A DNA stretch of 64,000 nt, taken from assembly GCA_964538085.1 (NCBI GenBank), contig CAZIDF010000008.1, positions 80,466 to 144,465 of the forward strand, written 5' to 3'. The notes under the pieces are model-generated. The model searched no databases and had not been told where the DNA came from. It was given only the letters and a program-made list of their open reading frames with translations. This DNA comes from an uncultured Eubacteriales bacterium (lineage in GTDB: Bacteria; Acidobacteriota; Aminicenantia; Aminicenantales; Aminicenantaceae). This document shows, one piece after another, positions 20,566-30,508 of the stretch; positions within the stretch are counted from its first letter, which is position 1, and the number at the start of each line of letters is the position of its first letter. Both the position numbers and the translations under genes were made by a program.

Positions 20566-21123
20566 TTGAAGAAGATGGAAGATCGAGATCAGGGCGATAA
20601 ATTCAAGGGCTACATCCAGGTCTATACCGGCAATGGCAAGGGAAAAACTACGGCGGCTTTAGGTCTCGCTTTACGGGCGGCCGGTCACGGCTTCAAGACA
20701 TATTTCGGACAGTTTCTCAAAGGACAAGATTATGGGGAGCTGTCTGCCATCCAAAAACTCTCACCTCTTATAACCATCGAGCAATTCGGCCGCAAGGGCT
20801 TCATTCATGTGACGGAAAATCCCGATAAAGAGGATGTAAACAGAGCCCAAAGAGGTCTGCGAAAATGCAAACAGATGATGACGTCTCAGAAGTACCGCAT
20901 TATCGTGCTGGATGAGATAAACGTAGCCGTTCATTTCAATCTTTTTTCGGAAAAAGAGATCCACGACTTTCTGGATAAAAAACCGGAAGGCACAGAAGTG
21001 ATACTGACAGGACGGTACGCTCCCGAATCTTTTATCGAACGAGCGGACCTGGTTACCGAAATGAAGGAGATCAAACACTACTACAAAAAAGGGACTCAGG
21101 CCCGTCTCGGGATCGAAAAATAA
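20566..21123 (+). CDS. cob(I)yrinic acid a,c-diamide/cobalamin adenosyltransferase (CobO/BtuR family)
   Basis: It has the P-loop-like GNGKGKTTAALGLALRAAGHG and is 185 aa, typical of the family. Confidence 0.75.
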   Translation: MKKMEDRDQGDKFKGYIQVYTGNGKGKTTAALGLALRAAGHGFKTYFGQFLKGQDYGELSAIQKLSPLITIEQFGRKGFIHVTENPDKEDVNRAQRGLRKCKQMMTSQKYRIIVLDEINVAVHFNLFSEKEIHDFLDKKPEGTEVILTGRYAPESFIERADLVTEMKEIKHYYKKGTQARLGIEK

Positions 21124-21137
21124 GCTCCCCTACATCG

Positions 21138-21521
21138 ATGGTAAAAGAAAAATTCGAAAAACTCGTGGAAGAAGCATTGTTAGATCTCCCAAAAGAATTC
21201 AAGAAACTCATGGACAATGTGGTCGTGATGGTGGAAGAGGAGGCTCCTCAAGAGGTTTACAGACAAACAGGAGTCCATCCTTTCAGCAGGATATTGGGCA
21301 CCTACCACGGGGTTCCATACCCTCACAGGGGGCCATATTATGGGAACATTCTTCCAGATAGAATCACCATCTATCAAAATCCGATCGAAGAGATCTGCTC
21401 CACCGAGGAAGAAATCAAAGAGCAAGTTAAGAAAACTGTCCTGCATGAGATCTGGCACTATTTTGGACGAACGGACGAAGAAATTGTTGAGTTGGAGAAG
21501 AAAACTCTCATGAAAAAATAA
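21138..21521 (+). CDS. small zincin-like metallopeptidase family protein
   Basis: It is 127 aa with the HExxH motif HEIWHYFG near the C-terminus. Confidence 0.5.
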   Translation: MVKEKFEKLVEEALLDLPKEFKKLMDNVVVMVEEEAPQEVYRQTGVHPFSRILGTYHGVPYPHRGPYYGNILPDRITIYQNPIEEICSTEEEIKEQVKKTVLHEIWHYFGRTDEEIVELEKKTLMKK

Positions 21522-21533
21522 ATAGGAGAAAAA

Positions 21534-22427
21534 TTGATGGCGGAGAAACTTCAGGGCGTTTATGCGGCGCTGACCACACCTTTTGAAAAAGACAAAATCT
21601 CGACACACCATTTTCGGGATAACATAAAAAAATACAACAAATTTGGACTGGCCGGTTATGTCATCGGCGGAAGCAGCGGAGAGGCGGCCTATCTAACAGA
21701 CGAAGAATGCGAAATTTTAGTTAAAGAAGCTCTCGAATCCCGTGACCCAGAAAAAAAAATCATCGTGGGAACAGCAAGGGAATCCACCGATTCCACCATC
21801 GCCTTCACCAAACGTCTGGTTGATCTTGGAATCCATGCGGCCTTGATCCGCACACCCAGCTACTTTAAATCAGCGATGACAGGAGAGGCTTTGAAAAAAC
21901 ATTATTATGCCATCGCCGATGAGGTCCAGATCCCGGTGATCCCCTACCATATCCCCCAGGTAACGGGATTATCCATCGACCCGAAGCTTGTCATCGAACT
22001 TTCCGAACACCCCAACATCATCGGTATGAAGGACAGTTCTGGAAATCTACCCTTTTTGGGAGAGGTCATTCTAGACCTTCCCCCCGATTTCAGTTATTTA
22101 TGGGGGGCAGGCAGTGTGTTTCTCTTTGGCCTCTGCTTGGGAGCCTCTGGAGGAATCCTCAGGCTTGCCGATATCATCCCTGAACTGTGTGTGAGAGTGT
22201 ATAACGATTTTCTGGACGGTGAATGGGAGAGGGCAACCAAGCTTCAGCGGGACATCATTCCTTTGAACAATGCCATCATCCAGAGGTACGGTATCGCTGG
22301 AACAAAATATGCGATGGAATTTTTGGGTCTTTATGGTGGGCCTCCGAGAAATCCGATCCTTCCCCTCGATACAAAAGGCCAAATCGAGATCGAAAAGATC
22401 TTGAAAAGATTGGATTTGATTCAATAA
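21534..22427 (+). CDS. DapA-family class I aldolase (dihydrodipicolinate synthase / N-acetylneuraminate lyase family)
   Basis: Motifs are GVYAALTTPF...GYVIGGSSGEAAYLT and the 297-aa TIM barrel size fits. The substrate is not assignable. Confidence 0.7.
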   Translation: MMAEKLQGVYAALTTPFEKDKISTHHFRDNIKKYNKFGLAGYVIGGSSGEAAYLTDEECEILVKEALESRDPEKKIIVGTARESTDSTIAFTKRLVDLGIHAALIRTPSYFKSAMTGEALKKHYYAIADEVQIPVIPYHIPQVTGLSIDPKLVIELSEHPNIIGMKDSSGNLPFLGEVILDLPPDFSYLWGAGSVFLFGLCLGASGGILRLADIIPELCVRVYNDFLDGEWERATKLQRDIIPLNNAIIQRYGIAGTKYAMEFLGLYGGPPRNPILPLDTKGQIEIEKILKRLDLIQ

Positions 22428-22469
22428 AGAAAAAAAAGGCCGTGCACCCAGCTCCGGCAGGACTCCCCC

Positions 22470-22610
22470 TGCGTTATCCATGCAGTTAGCTCAGGAAAGG
22501 CTGATCTGCCGCACAAGAGACCGCTCTGCTACCGCTGCTACCTCCCGGTCCTGACGGGGTTTACAGAGAGTTCTTCGCGCAGGGCCCATACCTTCAACAC
22601 CACTTACATG
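22470..22610 (-). ncRNA. ffs: signal recognition particle RNA (4.5S/ffs); the exact ends are uncertain
   Basis: The minus-strand sequence CTCTCTGTAAACCCCGTCAGGACCGGGAGGTAGCAGCGGTAGCAGAGCGG matches E. coli 4.5S domain IV (CTCTGTTTACCAGGTCAGGTCCGGAAGGAAGCAGCCAAGGCAGA) nearly position for position. It lies in an ORF-free gap; the overlapping ORFs 22223..22489 and 22608..22817 are spurious. Confidence 0.65.
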
Positions 22611-22820
22611 AACACAGTCCAGAAAAAGCACAGCCTCGGCGGGGAATTCGATCCCACTGTAGCGGATTGTGAGTTACAGGGCACCGCTAGCTCCCCATCT
22701 AGCACGGCCAAGCTATTCATAAAAAAATGCCGTTTCAAAAATCTTTTTTTAAAATTGTCCAAAAGAATATTTTATCATAAACATAGGCTTTTTTTTATGA
22801 AATGTTCTGGGGCATAAAAC

Positions 22821-23663
22821 TTAAAATTTGTAGGCAAGGCCTGCTCGGAGAATAAAACCGTCCCAGATGCCTGCCTCTGCTTTTAAATGCAGGTGTGGGA
22901 TGACTTCGGCTCTCACACCGAGGGAAATCTGCAAAAGCGGGAGGATATTCGGCAGGTTGAAATCGGCGTCTTCCTCGGCCTCTTTTATATTTCTCGAATC
23001 TTCCTCCTGGTAACCTTCGGTCCCTCTGGCCCAATAGTACGTCCCATTATAATTATATCTCACCTCTCCGTTAAGGGCGGCTACACCTATTCCGAGGACA
23101 AAATAAGGGGTTACGATCCAATCCGGTTTTATATCCCAACGGAAACTGAGGTTGGTAAAAAGAGGGTTCAATTCCACAACACCCACAGCTTCCATCTCGG
23201 CGTATGAGCCGTCATTGAACTGCACATTGATCGGCCCCTCTACTGTGGCCTCCATGTGTGTTTTTTCGATGGACACGCCCAGGCTGAAGGAAGAATAACG
23301 TCCTCCAGGATAAAACCTTAGCTCGAATCCATAAATCGACCCAGAGGAGCCGAATACGAGATTGTGGTCATGCCCGACTTTGACTATGTTATAGCCGGAT
23401 TCATTGATCTTGATGCCGATTTCTTTCGCAATCTCATCGCTCAACGACTTGGTAAGGTCATCCTCGAACAATCCTTTAAACACATCCAGGGTCCAGTACC
23501 CGTAATGAACATCAACCTCTAGTTTTCCTGCGATGCCGTCATCGAAGATCAAACGCGGCAGCTCTTCCTCCTGTTCTTCCTGCTGGGCGAAAATACCCTG
23601 TGCTGAAACAAACACGATCAATAGCACCAAAACCAAAGATTTTTTCCAGCTCATCTGAATCAT
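22821..23663 (-). CDS. outer membrane beta-barrel protein
   Basis: There is a signal peptide (SWKKSLVLVLLIVFVSAQGIFAQ). It has alternating amphipathic strands and a C-terminal LAYKF. Confidence 0.5.
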   Translation of the reverse strand: MIQMSWKKSLVLVLLIVFVSAQGIFAQQEEQEEELPRLIFDDGIAGKLEVDVHYGYWTLDVFKGLFEDDLTKSLSDEIAKEIGIKINESGYNIVKVGHDHNLVFGSSGSIYGFELRFYPGGRYSSFSLGVSIEKTHMEATVEGPINVQFNDGSYAEMEAVGVVELNPLFTNLSFRWDIKPDWIVTPYFVLGIGVAALNGEVRYNYNGTYYWARGTEGYQEEDSRNIKEAEEDADFNLPNILPLLQISLGVRAEVIPHLHLKAEAGIWDGFILRAGLAYKF

Positions 23664-23841
23664 GTTAACCTCTGCAAAATCCTATATGTTACTCATTTTT
23701 TTGTCAATACTAATGCATAACAGATACTTATTTATATTAGTCGTAGAAAGCAAGAGATGCATGACAAGTTGAATTCTCTTGACAGCCGTCCAGTCCAAGT
23801 GATAGATAAAAAGCTCGGTATTAAAAAAAATGGAGGGACTC

Positions 23842-26442
23842 ATGAAAAAAACGACCATACTTACTACTGTATTTTTGCTTTTGGTTCTCCCCTGTTTTTT
23901 AGCCTCCCAGACCTCGCCTGAAGAATTTTTGGGGCACAGAGTGGGAGCGGATAGAAAACTGGCTGACTACGGCCAAATTCAGGATTATTTTACGAAGCTG
24001 GATTCAGAATCCAATAAAATGAATGTGTTGACCATCGGTAAATCAACGCTTGGAAAACCGATGATCTTGGCTGTCATCTCTTCTGAAGAAAACATGGCCA
24101 ACCTTGAAAAATACACGGATATAACAAAAAAGTTAAGGAATGCCCGGGGTCTCACCCCTGCGGATGCCAAGGAGCTTGCCCGGCAGGGAAAAGCTATCCT
24201 TTTGATAACATGCAGTCTGCATGCCACAGAGATCGCCGCTTCCCAGATGGCCATGGAGCTGGCCTATTTGCTCGTCACAGGCAAAACGCCTTTCGATGCG
24301 GATAAGGCATTGAACGATGTGATCGTGCTCCTCTCCCCTACCACAAATCCAGACGGCCAGCAGATGGTCACGGATTGGTACCGAAAGTATGTGGGCACAG
24401 AATTTGAGGGAGGCAGTATGCCATGGCTGTACCATCACTATGCAGGACATGACGACAACCGCGACTGGTTCATGTTCAACCTCAAAGAAACCCAGGCCGT
24501 CACTAAAGTCCTGTATCACGATTGGATCCCGCAAATCCAAATCGATGAACACCAGATGGGCTCCACAGGAGCCCGGCTTTTCGTTCCTCCTTTCATGGAC
24601 CCTCCGGTCCCGACGATCCATCCCCTTCTCTGGCGGGGGGTAGCCCTTTGCGGCACCAACATGGCCTATGACCTTCAAAAAAACGGCTACAGCGGTGTTG
24701 TCCATGGACGGAGCTACACAGGATGGTGGATCGGGGCCTGCGACGACACGACCTGGCTCCACAACACCATCGGGCTACTTTCCGAGATGGCTTCCGCCCG
24801 GATAGCGACCCCGATATACATCGATCCCACCGAACTCCCCCAGGCCTATGTCGAAAAACGCATGGAATTTCCTGATCCCTGGCCAGGCGGCTGGTGGAGA
24901 TTGAGAGACCTTGTGGATTATGAACTGACGCTATCCTTGAGCCTAGTTGAAACTGCCTATCATCACAAGGAAGATCTGCTCTTCAATTTCTACAAGATGT
25001 GCAAAGATGCGATAGAAATCCAAGAAGAAGGCCAACCTTTTGCTTTTGTCATCCCCCAGAAACAACATGACTACCCGACAGCTTTACGCATGCTGAAAAT
25101 CTTGATGATGGGCGGCGTCGAGATCCACCAGGCAAAAACGGATTTCGTAGCCGATGGCAAATTCTATCCGGCCGGATCCTTCGTGGTCCTGATGTCCCAA
25201 CCATACCGGCCCTATGCCCAGGCACTCCTCGAGAAACAAAAATACCCGGATATGCGGCAATACCCGGGAGGCCCTCCCGTCCCCCCTTATGACAACGCCG
25301 GCTGGACCTTGCCTCTTCAAATGGGCGTAAAATGCGATCAAATCGACGATTCCTTCGCAACAGAATTAGAGATGCTGGATGCCATCGAATTCCCCACAAT
25401 CCCTGCACCTGACGAATCGGCACCCTATTATGTGCTGGATTCCCGTCACAATGCCTCCCATTCGGTCGTTTTTGCCTTGATGAAAGGGAACGCCGAAATC
25501 TACCGCTCCCAGAATCCCATCGGGGGAGACAGATACAGCGCGGCCGCCGGAAGCTTTATCGTGAAAAATTCATCCGGGGTGATGAAATTGCTGCCTGCTC
25601 TGGTCCAAAAATGGCATATCCGCGCTCATTCGCTCGACGACATTTCAGGAATTGCAAAATCCAGGATCGCCAATCACCGGGTAGGTCTCTACCAATCCTG
25701 GCGAGCCAACATGGATGAAGGGTGGACCAGGTATTTATTTGACGATCTGGAAATCCCCTACACCACCATCCACAACAAGGATTTCGAAGGAGAAAAGGAC
25801 AAGAAGGTCGACCTGAAAGAAAAATTCGATGTCATCGTTTTTGCCGACGAGAGCGCCGACATCATCAAAGACGGAAGGCGAAGTCCATCTTCCCAATCCG
25901 GAAGGTATTCCCGAGGTGGCAATATGCCTCCCGAATACGAAGGCGGAATCGGCAAAGATGGGGTGGATGCGTTGAAGAAGTTTGTAGAGGACGGCGGTAT
26001 CCTTGTGACCCTCAACGGCGCCTGCGAATTAGCTTTTAAAGAATTCACAGTACCGGCTCAAGATGCATTGGAAAGGGTGAACCGGGAACAATTTTTCTGC
26101 CCCACATCCATCCTCAGGATCAAGGTAGACAACATGACTCCCATCGGGTATGGGATGCCGAAGGAAGCCAGCGCTATGTTCTCTGGAAGCTTAGCCATTC
26201 GGACAAGGGTACCCTCAGGAGAATGGGATAGGAAGGTGGTGGCCAGCTTCCCGGAGCAGGATGTGTTAATGAGCGGATGGCTGCTCGGGGAGGATGTTAT
26301 CGCGAGAAACGCCGCTGTTGTGGATATCACGCACAAAAAAGGACACATCATCCTGATCGGCATCCGCAGCCAGCACAGGGCCCAATCCCACGGCACCTAC
26401 AAATTCCTGCTCAACGCGCTGCTTTACCCCGAATCCAACTAG
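23842..26442 (+). CDS. secreted M14-family zinc carboxypeptidase with large C-terminal extension
   Basis: The start is the second ATG, preceded by GGAGGG. There is a signal peptide. The Zn-ligand motif is CSLHATE and NPDG is present; the protein is 866 aa. Confidence 0.7.
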   Translation: MKKTTILTTVFLLLVLPCFLASQTSPEEFLGHRVGADRKLADYGQIQDYFTKLDSESNKMNVLTIGKSTLGKPMILAVISSEENMANLEKYTDITKKLRNARGLTPADAKELARQGKAILLITCSLHATEIAASQMAMELAYLLVTGKTPFDADKALNDVIVLLSPTTNPDGQQMVTDWYRKYVGTEFEGGSMPWLYHHYAGHDDNRDWFMFNLKETQAVTKVLYHDWIPQIQIDEHQMGSTGARLFVPPFMDPPVPTIHPLLWRGVALCGTNMAYDLQKNGYSGVVHGRSYTGWWIGACDDTTWLHNTIGLLSEMASARIATPIYIDPTELPQAYVEKRMEFPDPWPGGWWRLRDLVDYELTLSLSLVETAYHHKEDLLFNFYKMCKDAIEIQEEGQPFAFVIPQKQHDYPTALRMLKILMMGGVEIHQAKTDFVADGKFYPAGSFVVLMSQPYRPYAQALLEKQKYPDMRQYPGGPPVPPYDNAGWTLPLQMGVKCDQIDDSFATELEMLDAIEFPTIPAPDESAPYYVLDSRHNASHSVVFALMKGNAEIYRSQNPIGGDRYSAAAGSFIVKNSSGVMKLLPALVQKWHIRAHSLDDISGIAKSRIANHRVGLYQSWRANMDEGWTRYLFDDLEIPYTTIHNKDFEGEKDKKVDLKEKFDVIVFADESADIIKDGRRSPSSQSGRYSRGGNMPPEYEGGIGKDGVDALKKFVEDGGILVTLNGACELAFKEFTVPAQDALERVNREQFFCPTSILRIKVDNMTPIGYGMPKEASAMFSGSLAIRTRVPSGEWDRKVVASFPEQDVLMSGWLLGEDVIARNAAVVDITHKKGHIILIGIRSQHRAQSHGTYKFLLNALLYPESN

Positions 26443-26443
26443 A

Positions 26444-26592
26444 GGGGAATCCCATTCGGTACCACCCTATAGCAATGTAGACCTATATCGTGTGAATGCA
26501 TGCTTCTTCGTCATTCTAAAAAGTAATCCTGAACTTCATTTTTTTCAGATAAGGATCGAAAGACATAAGGTGGGACCGAATGGGATGTCCCC
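26444..26592. repeat. long-range inverted repeat: 23-nt arms (26444..26466 and 26569..26592, 2 mismatches) separated by about 100 nt
   Basis: Arm 1 is GGGGAATCCCATTCGGTACCACC. Arm 2 is GGTGGGACCGAATGGGATGTCCCC, which is its reverse complement with 2 mismatches. It lies between the M14 stop and the arsR promoter. Confidence 0.8.
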
Positions 26593-26610
26593 CTATCTCC
26601 GCCTATCTTA

Positions 26611-26639
26611 TTGAAATAATGATGTTTGAATATTATAAT
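26611..26639 (+). promoter_or_regulatory. sigma70-like promoter TTGAAA-17-TATAAT with the palindrome AATATTATAATATT over the -10 element (candidate ArsR operator)
   Basis: TTGAAA is at 26611..26616, the spacer is 17 nt, and TATAAT is at 26634..26639. It sits about 30 nt upstream of the arsR-family start. Judged by eye. Confidence 0.45.
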
Positions 26640-26668
26640 ATTAGTAAAGAAATGGAAAGGTGAACCAG

Positions 26669-27004
26669 ATGAAAAAAAAGGAATTTTATTCGCTGCATTC
26701 CGGTGTCTGCAAAACCCTGGCCAATCCCAAACGGCAGGAAATCCTGGATTGCCTCCGGCACAAGGACATGACGGTTAACGAACTGGTAAAAAAAACAGGG
26801 ATTTCCCAGGCCAATCTCTCGCAGCATCTCGCCATTTTGAGAGCCAAGGGCATCGTCTCTACCGAGCGTAAAGGGATCAATGCGTATTACTCTCTCTCCA
26901 ATAGCAAAATAATCCAAGCCTTCGACCTGATCAGCGAAGTGCTTCAAGATTCCTTAGACTCTCAGAGCAAGACGGTGAGATCAGCCATTTATCGAAAAAA
27001 GTAA
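26669..27004 (+). CDS. ArsR/SmtB-family transcriptional regulator
   Basis: The winged-HTH segment is LANPKRQEILDCLRHKDMTVNELVKKTGISQANLSQHLAILRAKGIV. The ATG at 26669 is preceded by GGAAAGGTG. Confidence 0.8.
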   Translation: MKKKEFYSLHSGVCKTLANPKRQEILDCLRHKDMTVNELVKKTGISQANLSQHLAILRAKGIVSTERKGINAYYSLSNSKIIQAFDLISEVLQDSLDSQSKTVRSAIYRKK

Positions 27005-27022
27005 AAAAGGGAGATTTTTCTG

Positions 27023-27505
27023 ATGGAAGAACAAAAAAAGAAAAAGCTCGCTATGGTCGTTTTTAGCGGGGATTTGGATAAATTATTCGCCGCCTTCAGC
27101 ATCGCCACTGGAGCGGCGGCTTCCAACATGGATGTCACCATGTTTTTCACGTTCTGGGGACTCCGCGCTCTAAAGAAAAAAAAGCGGACCGGTAAAAGTG
27201 TTTTAGGCCGTTTGATGGGCATTTTTTATGGAGGCGACATCGATCGCGCCTCTCCAAGTAAAATGAGCTTTGGCGGACTCGGCCGCTGGATGTTCAAAAA
27301 GATGATGAAAGCCAAACGTGTGCCCACCCTGGCCGAGATGCGAAAGTTGGCCATCGACCTCGGCGTGAAACTCTATGGTTGTCAAATGAGCATGGAAGTC
27401 ATGGAAATTCCCAAGGAAAAGATGATCGATGAGGTCGCCCAGTGTGTGGGAGTTGCCACCTTCCTCGAACAAGCTCAACAAGCCGACGTCTCACTTTTTG
27501 TTTAA
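27023..27505 (+). CDS. DsrE/DsrF-like (DrsE_2-type) sulfur-relay family protein
   Basis: It is 160 aa. The N-terminus LAMVVFSGDLDKLFAAFSIATGAAASNMDVTMFFTFWGL is typical of this family, and pairing with an ArsR regulator is common. Confidence 0.5.
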   Translation: MEEQKKKKLAMVVFSGDLDKLFAAFSIATGAAASNMDVTMFFTFWGLRALKKKKRTGKSVLGRLMGIFYGGDIDRASPSKMSFGGLGRWMFKKMMKAKRVPTLAEMRKLAIDLGVKLYGCQMSMEVMEIPKEKMIDEVAQCVGVATFLEQAQQADVSLFV

Positions 27506-27582
27506 TAGACAGCACCCTTTCCTTAAATTTTGAGATATAATATACTGCATTATAGAATTTCATAATTTATTGGAAGGGAATT

Positions 27583-29518
27583 ATGAAAAAACCCACCGAA
27601 GTAGGGATTATTCTTTATGCATTGTTTGTTTTTTTGAGCGTGTCTCTATGGGGAGACGAATTCTGTGTCAAAACATCCATCGAGATCCAGAATGCTTTGA
27701 CTGAAGCCGCATCAAACGGGGAGGACGACGTCATCCGTATTGTTAGGGGGACCTATGCCGGGAATTTCATCTTCGATTCCTCAGAAGGAAAAAACCTAAC
27801 CTTGTTAGGGGGATTTTCCTCAACCTGCGCAAACCGGATCCTCGATCCTGCCAATACGATCCTAGATGGCAACAGTATTGGCCGGGTATTATTTCTTAAT
27901 AATACATCTGGCGGAGACATTTATGTGGAGGGATTAAAAATAAGAAAAGGCCTAACACTGGATAAAGGAGGAGGCATTTATGCCGTTTCTCAATCGTGGG
28001 ATATGGCAGGAAACATCACGATTACGGATAACATCGTACTGGATAACGAGGCCGCAATGGGGAGCGGAATATATGCTCTGACATCAAATGAACAAGTTGA
28101 CTTGAAAACAACGATCGGAAGTAGGGCTGGAAGGAGAGGGGTATTTCCTCAAGAAAACAGGATGGCAAGCCATGAAATGAAGGTCGAAACGAACAGTACA
28201 GGTGATATCGTCATTTCAGATAATAAGATCAAAAACAACAGAGGCGACGGGCTTTATGTCGGAACGGGTGGAGAACTTTTCGGCGGTTTCGTCACAATCA
28301 GAAACAACCTCGTCACAAGGAATTCAGGCAGAGGAATCGTTGCAAACACTTTTGCGGGCAATATGAGAATAGAGGGAAACTTCATCTCTAAAAACACATC
28401 CTCGACAAACGGCGGGGGAATTTATGCAAGGGGTTATCTCTACCTCGGGGGAGGAGGAAATATTCGACTCATAAATAACATCATCACGGAGAATTCCTCT
28501 GTCTACGGCGGGGGGATATATGCCATTGTCGCAGGTGACAGTATTGCCGGCCAACTAGACCTAATCAATAACACAATCACAGAGAACAGTTGCTCCGATT
28601 CGGGTGGCGGGATATATTTTGACGGAAAACTGGACAGTGTTTTAAACCTATACAACAACATCGTTTGGGGGAAACTCTGCTCTTATTGGAAGGGATATTT
28701 CCCTCGTTTTCGATCCCTCCTATGGGGCAGAATCCAACGGTTTCAATAATGACTTTTCCTTCATTTCCGGAAAATGGATCCACTCTGGTCAGAACATCAA
28801 CACCTCTCCTCAATTTGTGGCTCCTGCAAATGAAGACTATCATCTTCAATCCACCTCTCCCTGCATAGATAAAGGGAATAACACAGCGCCTAGCTTGCCA
28901 GATAAAGACTATGATGGTGAACCTAGGATATTCGACGGGGACCAGGACAACACGCCAACAATCGACATAGGCGCCGACGAATTCATCGGTGTGCCTCTGC
29001 AATACCTAACGATAGAATCCACCAGCGGAGGGAGTACAATACCCCAACCAGGTCAACACGTTTATGCCCAAGGAATTTCAGTTCAAATCACGGCCACTCC
29101 AGAAGCGGACTATAGATTTCATGAATGGACTGGCGATATCCCAGCAGGGAAAAAACAGGATAATCCACTGGTTATAAGCATGGGATCGAATAAATCAATC
29201 AAAGCTCATTTCGTCCGGATTATCTATCCTCCTTCTGGAGTGACAGGACAGAAAGTCATGAACCGTTCTCTCTCACAAGTCGAATACATCAATGTTCTGA
29301 AATGGAGCGTCAATCCAAACAATCAGGGTTTAGCTATTTCCCAATATCGCATATATGTTTTGGATGGAGCAAGCCGAACCCTTTTGGCTGAACTAAGCTC
29401 AAACATTTTTGAATTCTGGCATCGGGGGGTGTCGAAGGATAGGATATACAACTATGTCATTTACGCCGTGAATGACAATAGCCAGGAAGGCGATCCGGTT
29501 TATTTAACCGTACAATGA
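27583..29518 (+). pseudogene. secreted right-handed parallel beta-helix repeat surface protein with C-terminal Listeria-Bacteroides-type repeat and FN3-like region, interrupted by a +1 frameshift at a G5 tract (28667..28671)
   Basis: ORFs 27583..28749 and 28817..29518 are parts of one gene. Removing one G from the GGGGG run joins NLYNNIVWG to NSALIGRDISLVFDPSYGAESNG...FVAPANEDYHLQSTSPCIDKGNN...IDIGADEF, which is the canonical C-terminal part of these proteins. There is a signal peptide and repeated GGGIYA beta-helix motifs. Confidence 0.6.
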
Positions 29519-29532
29519 CAAGGAGTATGAGG

Positions 29533-30081
29533 ATGAAAAAAAAGATCCTTTTCATGGCTCTCTTTATGATTATATGTGGGACGGTCGGTGCGACCAGCAT
29601 CCGATTCGAAGCAAAAGCTAAATATTTTAATCCCGGAGAACAGGCATTCAAGGACATATACGGAAGCGGCATCATGTTCGGAGCAGAGATAAGCATCGGC
29701 ATTTGGAAAAATCTCGAACTTTGGGTGACAGGGGGCACCTTTTCCAAAACCGGGGAACTAACATTCACAAAAGAACAAACGAAGCTCAGGATAACACCTG
29801 CAGGAATCGGAATAAAATATGTTCATCCGGCTGGATCGAAGATGGACATCTATGGGGGCATTGGTATCAATTATTACTCCTATAATGAAGAGAATCCCAT
29901 AGGAGAGGTCAAAACGAATAAAATTGGGTATATCGGCACGATAGGAACTTATGTGAAAGTGACGGAAGGTATATTTTTTGACTTATTTTTTGATTATTCC
30001 CATTGCAAAATAAAACCAGATGAAATCAACGTTAATATCGGAGGATTCGGAGCCGGTGTCGGCATAGGATTTCGAATCTGA
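29533..30081 (+). CDS. small outer membrane beta-barrel protein
   Basis: AGGAG lies 7 nt upstream of the ATG. There is a signal peptide MKKKILFMALFMIICGTVGA. The protein is Gly/Tyr-rich, strand-like, and ends GIGFRI. Confidence 0.5.
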   Translation: MKKKILFMALFMIICGTVGATSIRFEAKAKYFNPGEQAFKDIYGSGIMFGAEISIGIWKNLELWVTGGTFSKTGELTFTKEQTKLRITPAGIGIKYVHPAGSKMDIYGGIGINYYSYNEENPIGEVKTNKIGYIGTIGTYVKVTEGIFFDLFFDYSHCKIKPDEINVNIGGFGAGVGIGFRI

Positions 30082-30088
30082 GTCTAAT

Positions 30089-30508
30089 CTACTCCCCGAT
30101 AATTTTGACAAGGACTCTTTTGCGACGACGGCCGTCGAATTCGCCATAAAAGATCTGCTCCCAGGGGCCGAAGTCCAAACGGCCTGCGGTGATCGCCACG
30201 ACAACCTCCCGGCCCATAATCGTTCTTTTCAGGTGCCCATCCGCGTTGTCCTCCCCTGTCCGGTTGTGCTTGTACTTGGATATTGGCTGATGGGGTGCCA
30301 ACTCCTCCAGCCATTCCTCGTAGTCGGCGTGCAGCCCCCGCTCGTCATCATTGATGAACACGCTTGCTGTGATGTGCATGGCGTTGACCAGACAGAGGCC
30401 TTCCTGAACATCGCTTTTCTCTACCAGCGCCTCGACATCGGGTGTGATGTTAATAAAGTCCACCCGATTTTTCGTGTCAAAAACCAGATATTCCGTCAGA
30501 GATTTCAT
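30089..30508 (-). CDS. YjbQ/UPF0047 family protein (secondary thiamine-phosphate synthase-like)
   Basis: It is 139 aa starting from MKSLTEY. The motifs [20 protein letters not shown]...[15 protein letters not shown] match the YjbQ family. Confidence 0.7.
   Translation of the reverse strand: MKSLTEYLVFDTKNRVDFINITPDVEALVEKSDVQEGLCLVNAMHITASVFINDDERGLHADYEEWLEELAPHQPISKYKHNRTGEDNADGHLKRTIMGREVVVAITAGRLDFGPWEQIFYGEFDGRRRKRVLVKIIGE

Noticed and set aside
22440-22700. tmRNA or RNase P RNA in the structured gap after the DapA-family gene
   Set aside because: There is no tRNA-like acceptor/T-arm with CCA and no GGAAAGUCCGG/GGUGAAA RNase P signatures. The sequence instead matches SRP RNA domain IV.
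27583-29518. Treating 27583..28749 and 28817..29518 as two separate genes
   Set aside because: The intervening frame carries uninterrupted family-typical sequence, and a single-G change in a G5 run joins them. One frameshifted gene is the simpler explanation.
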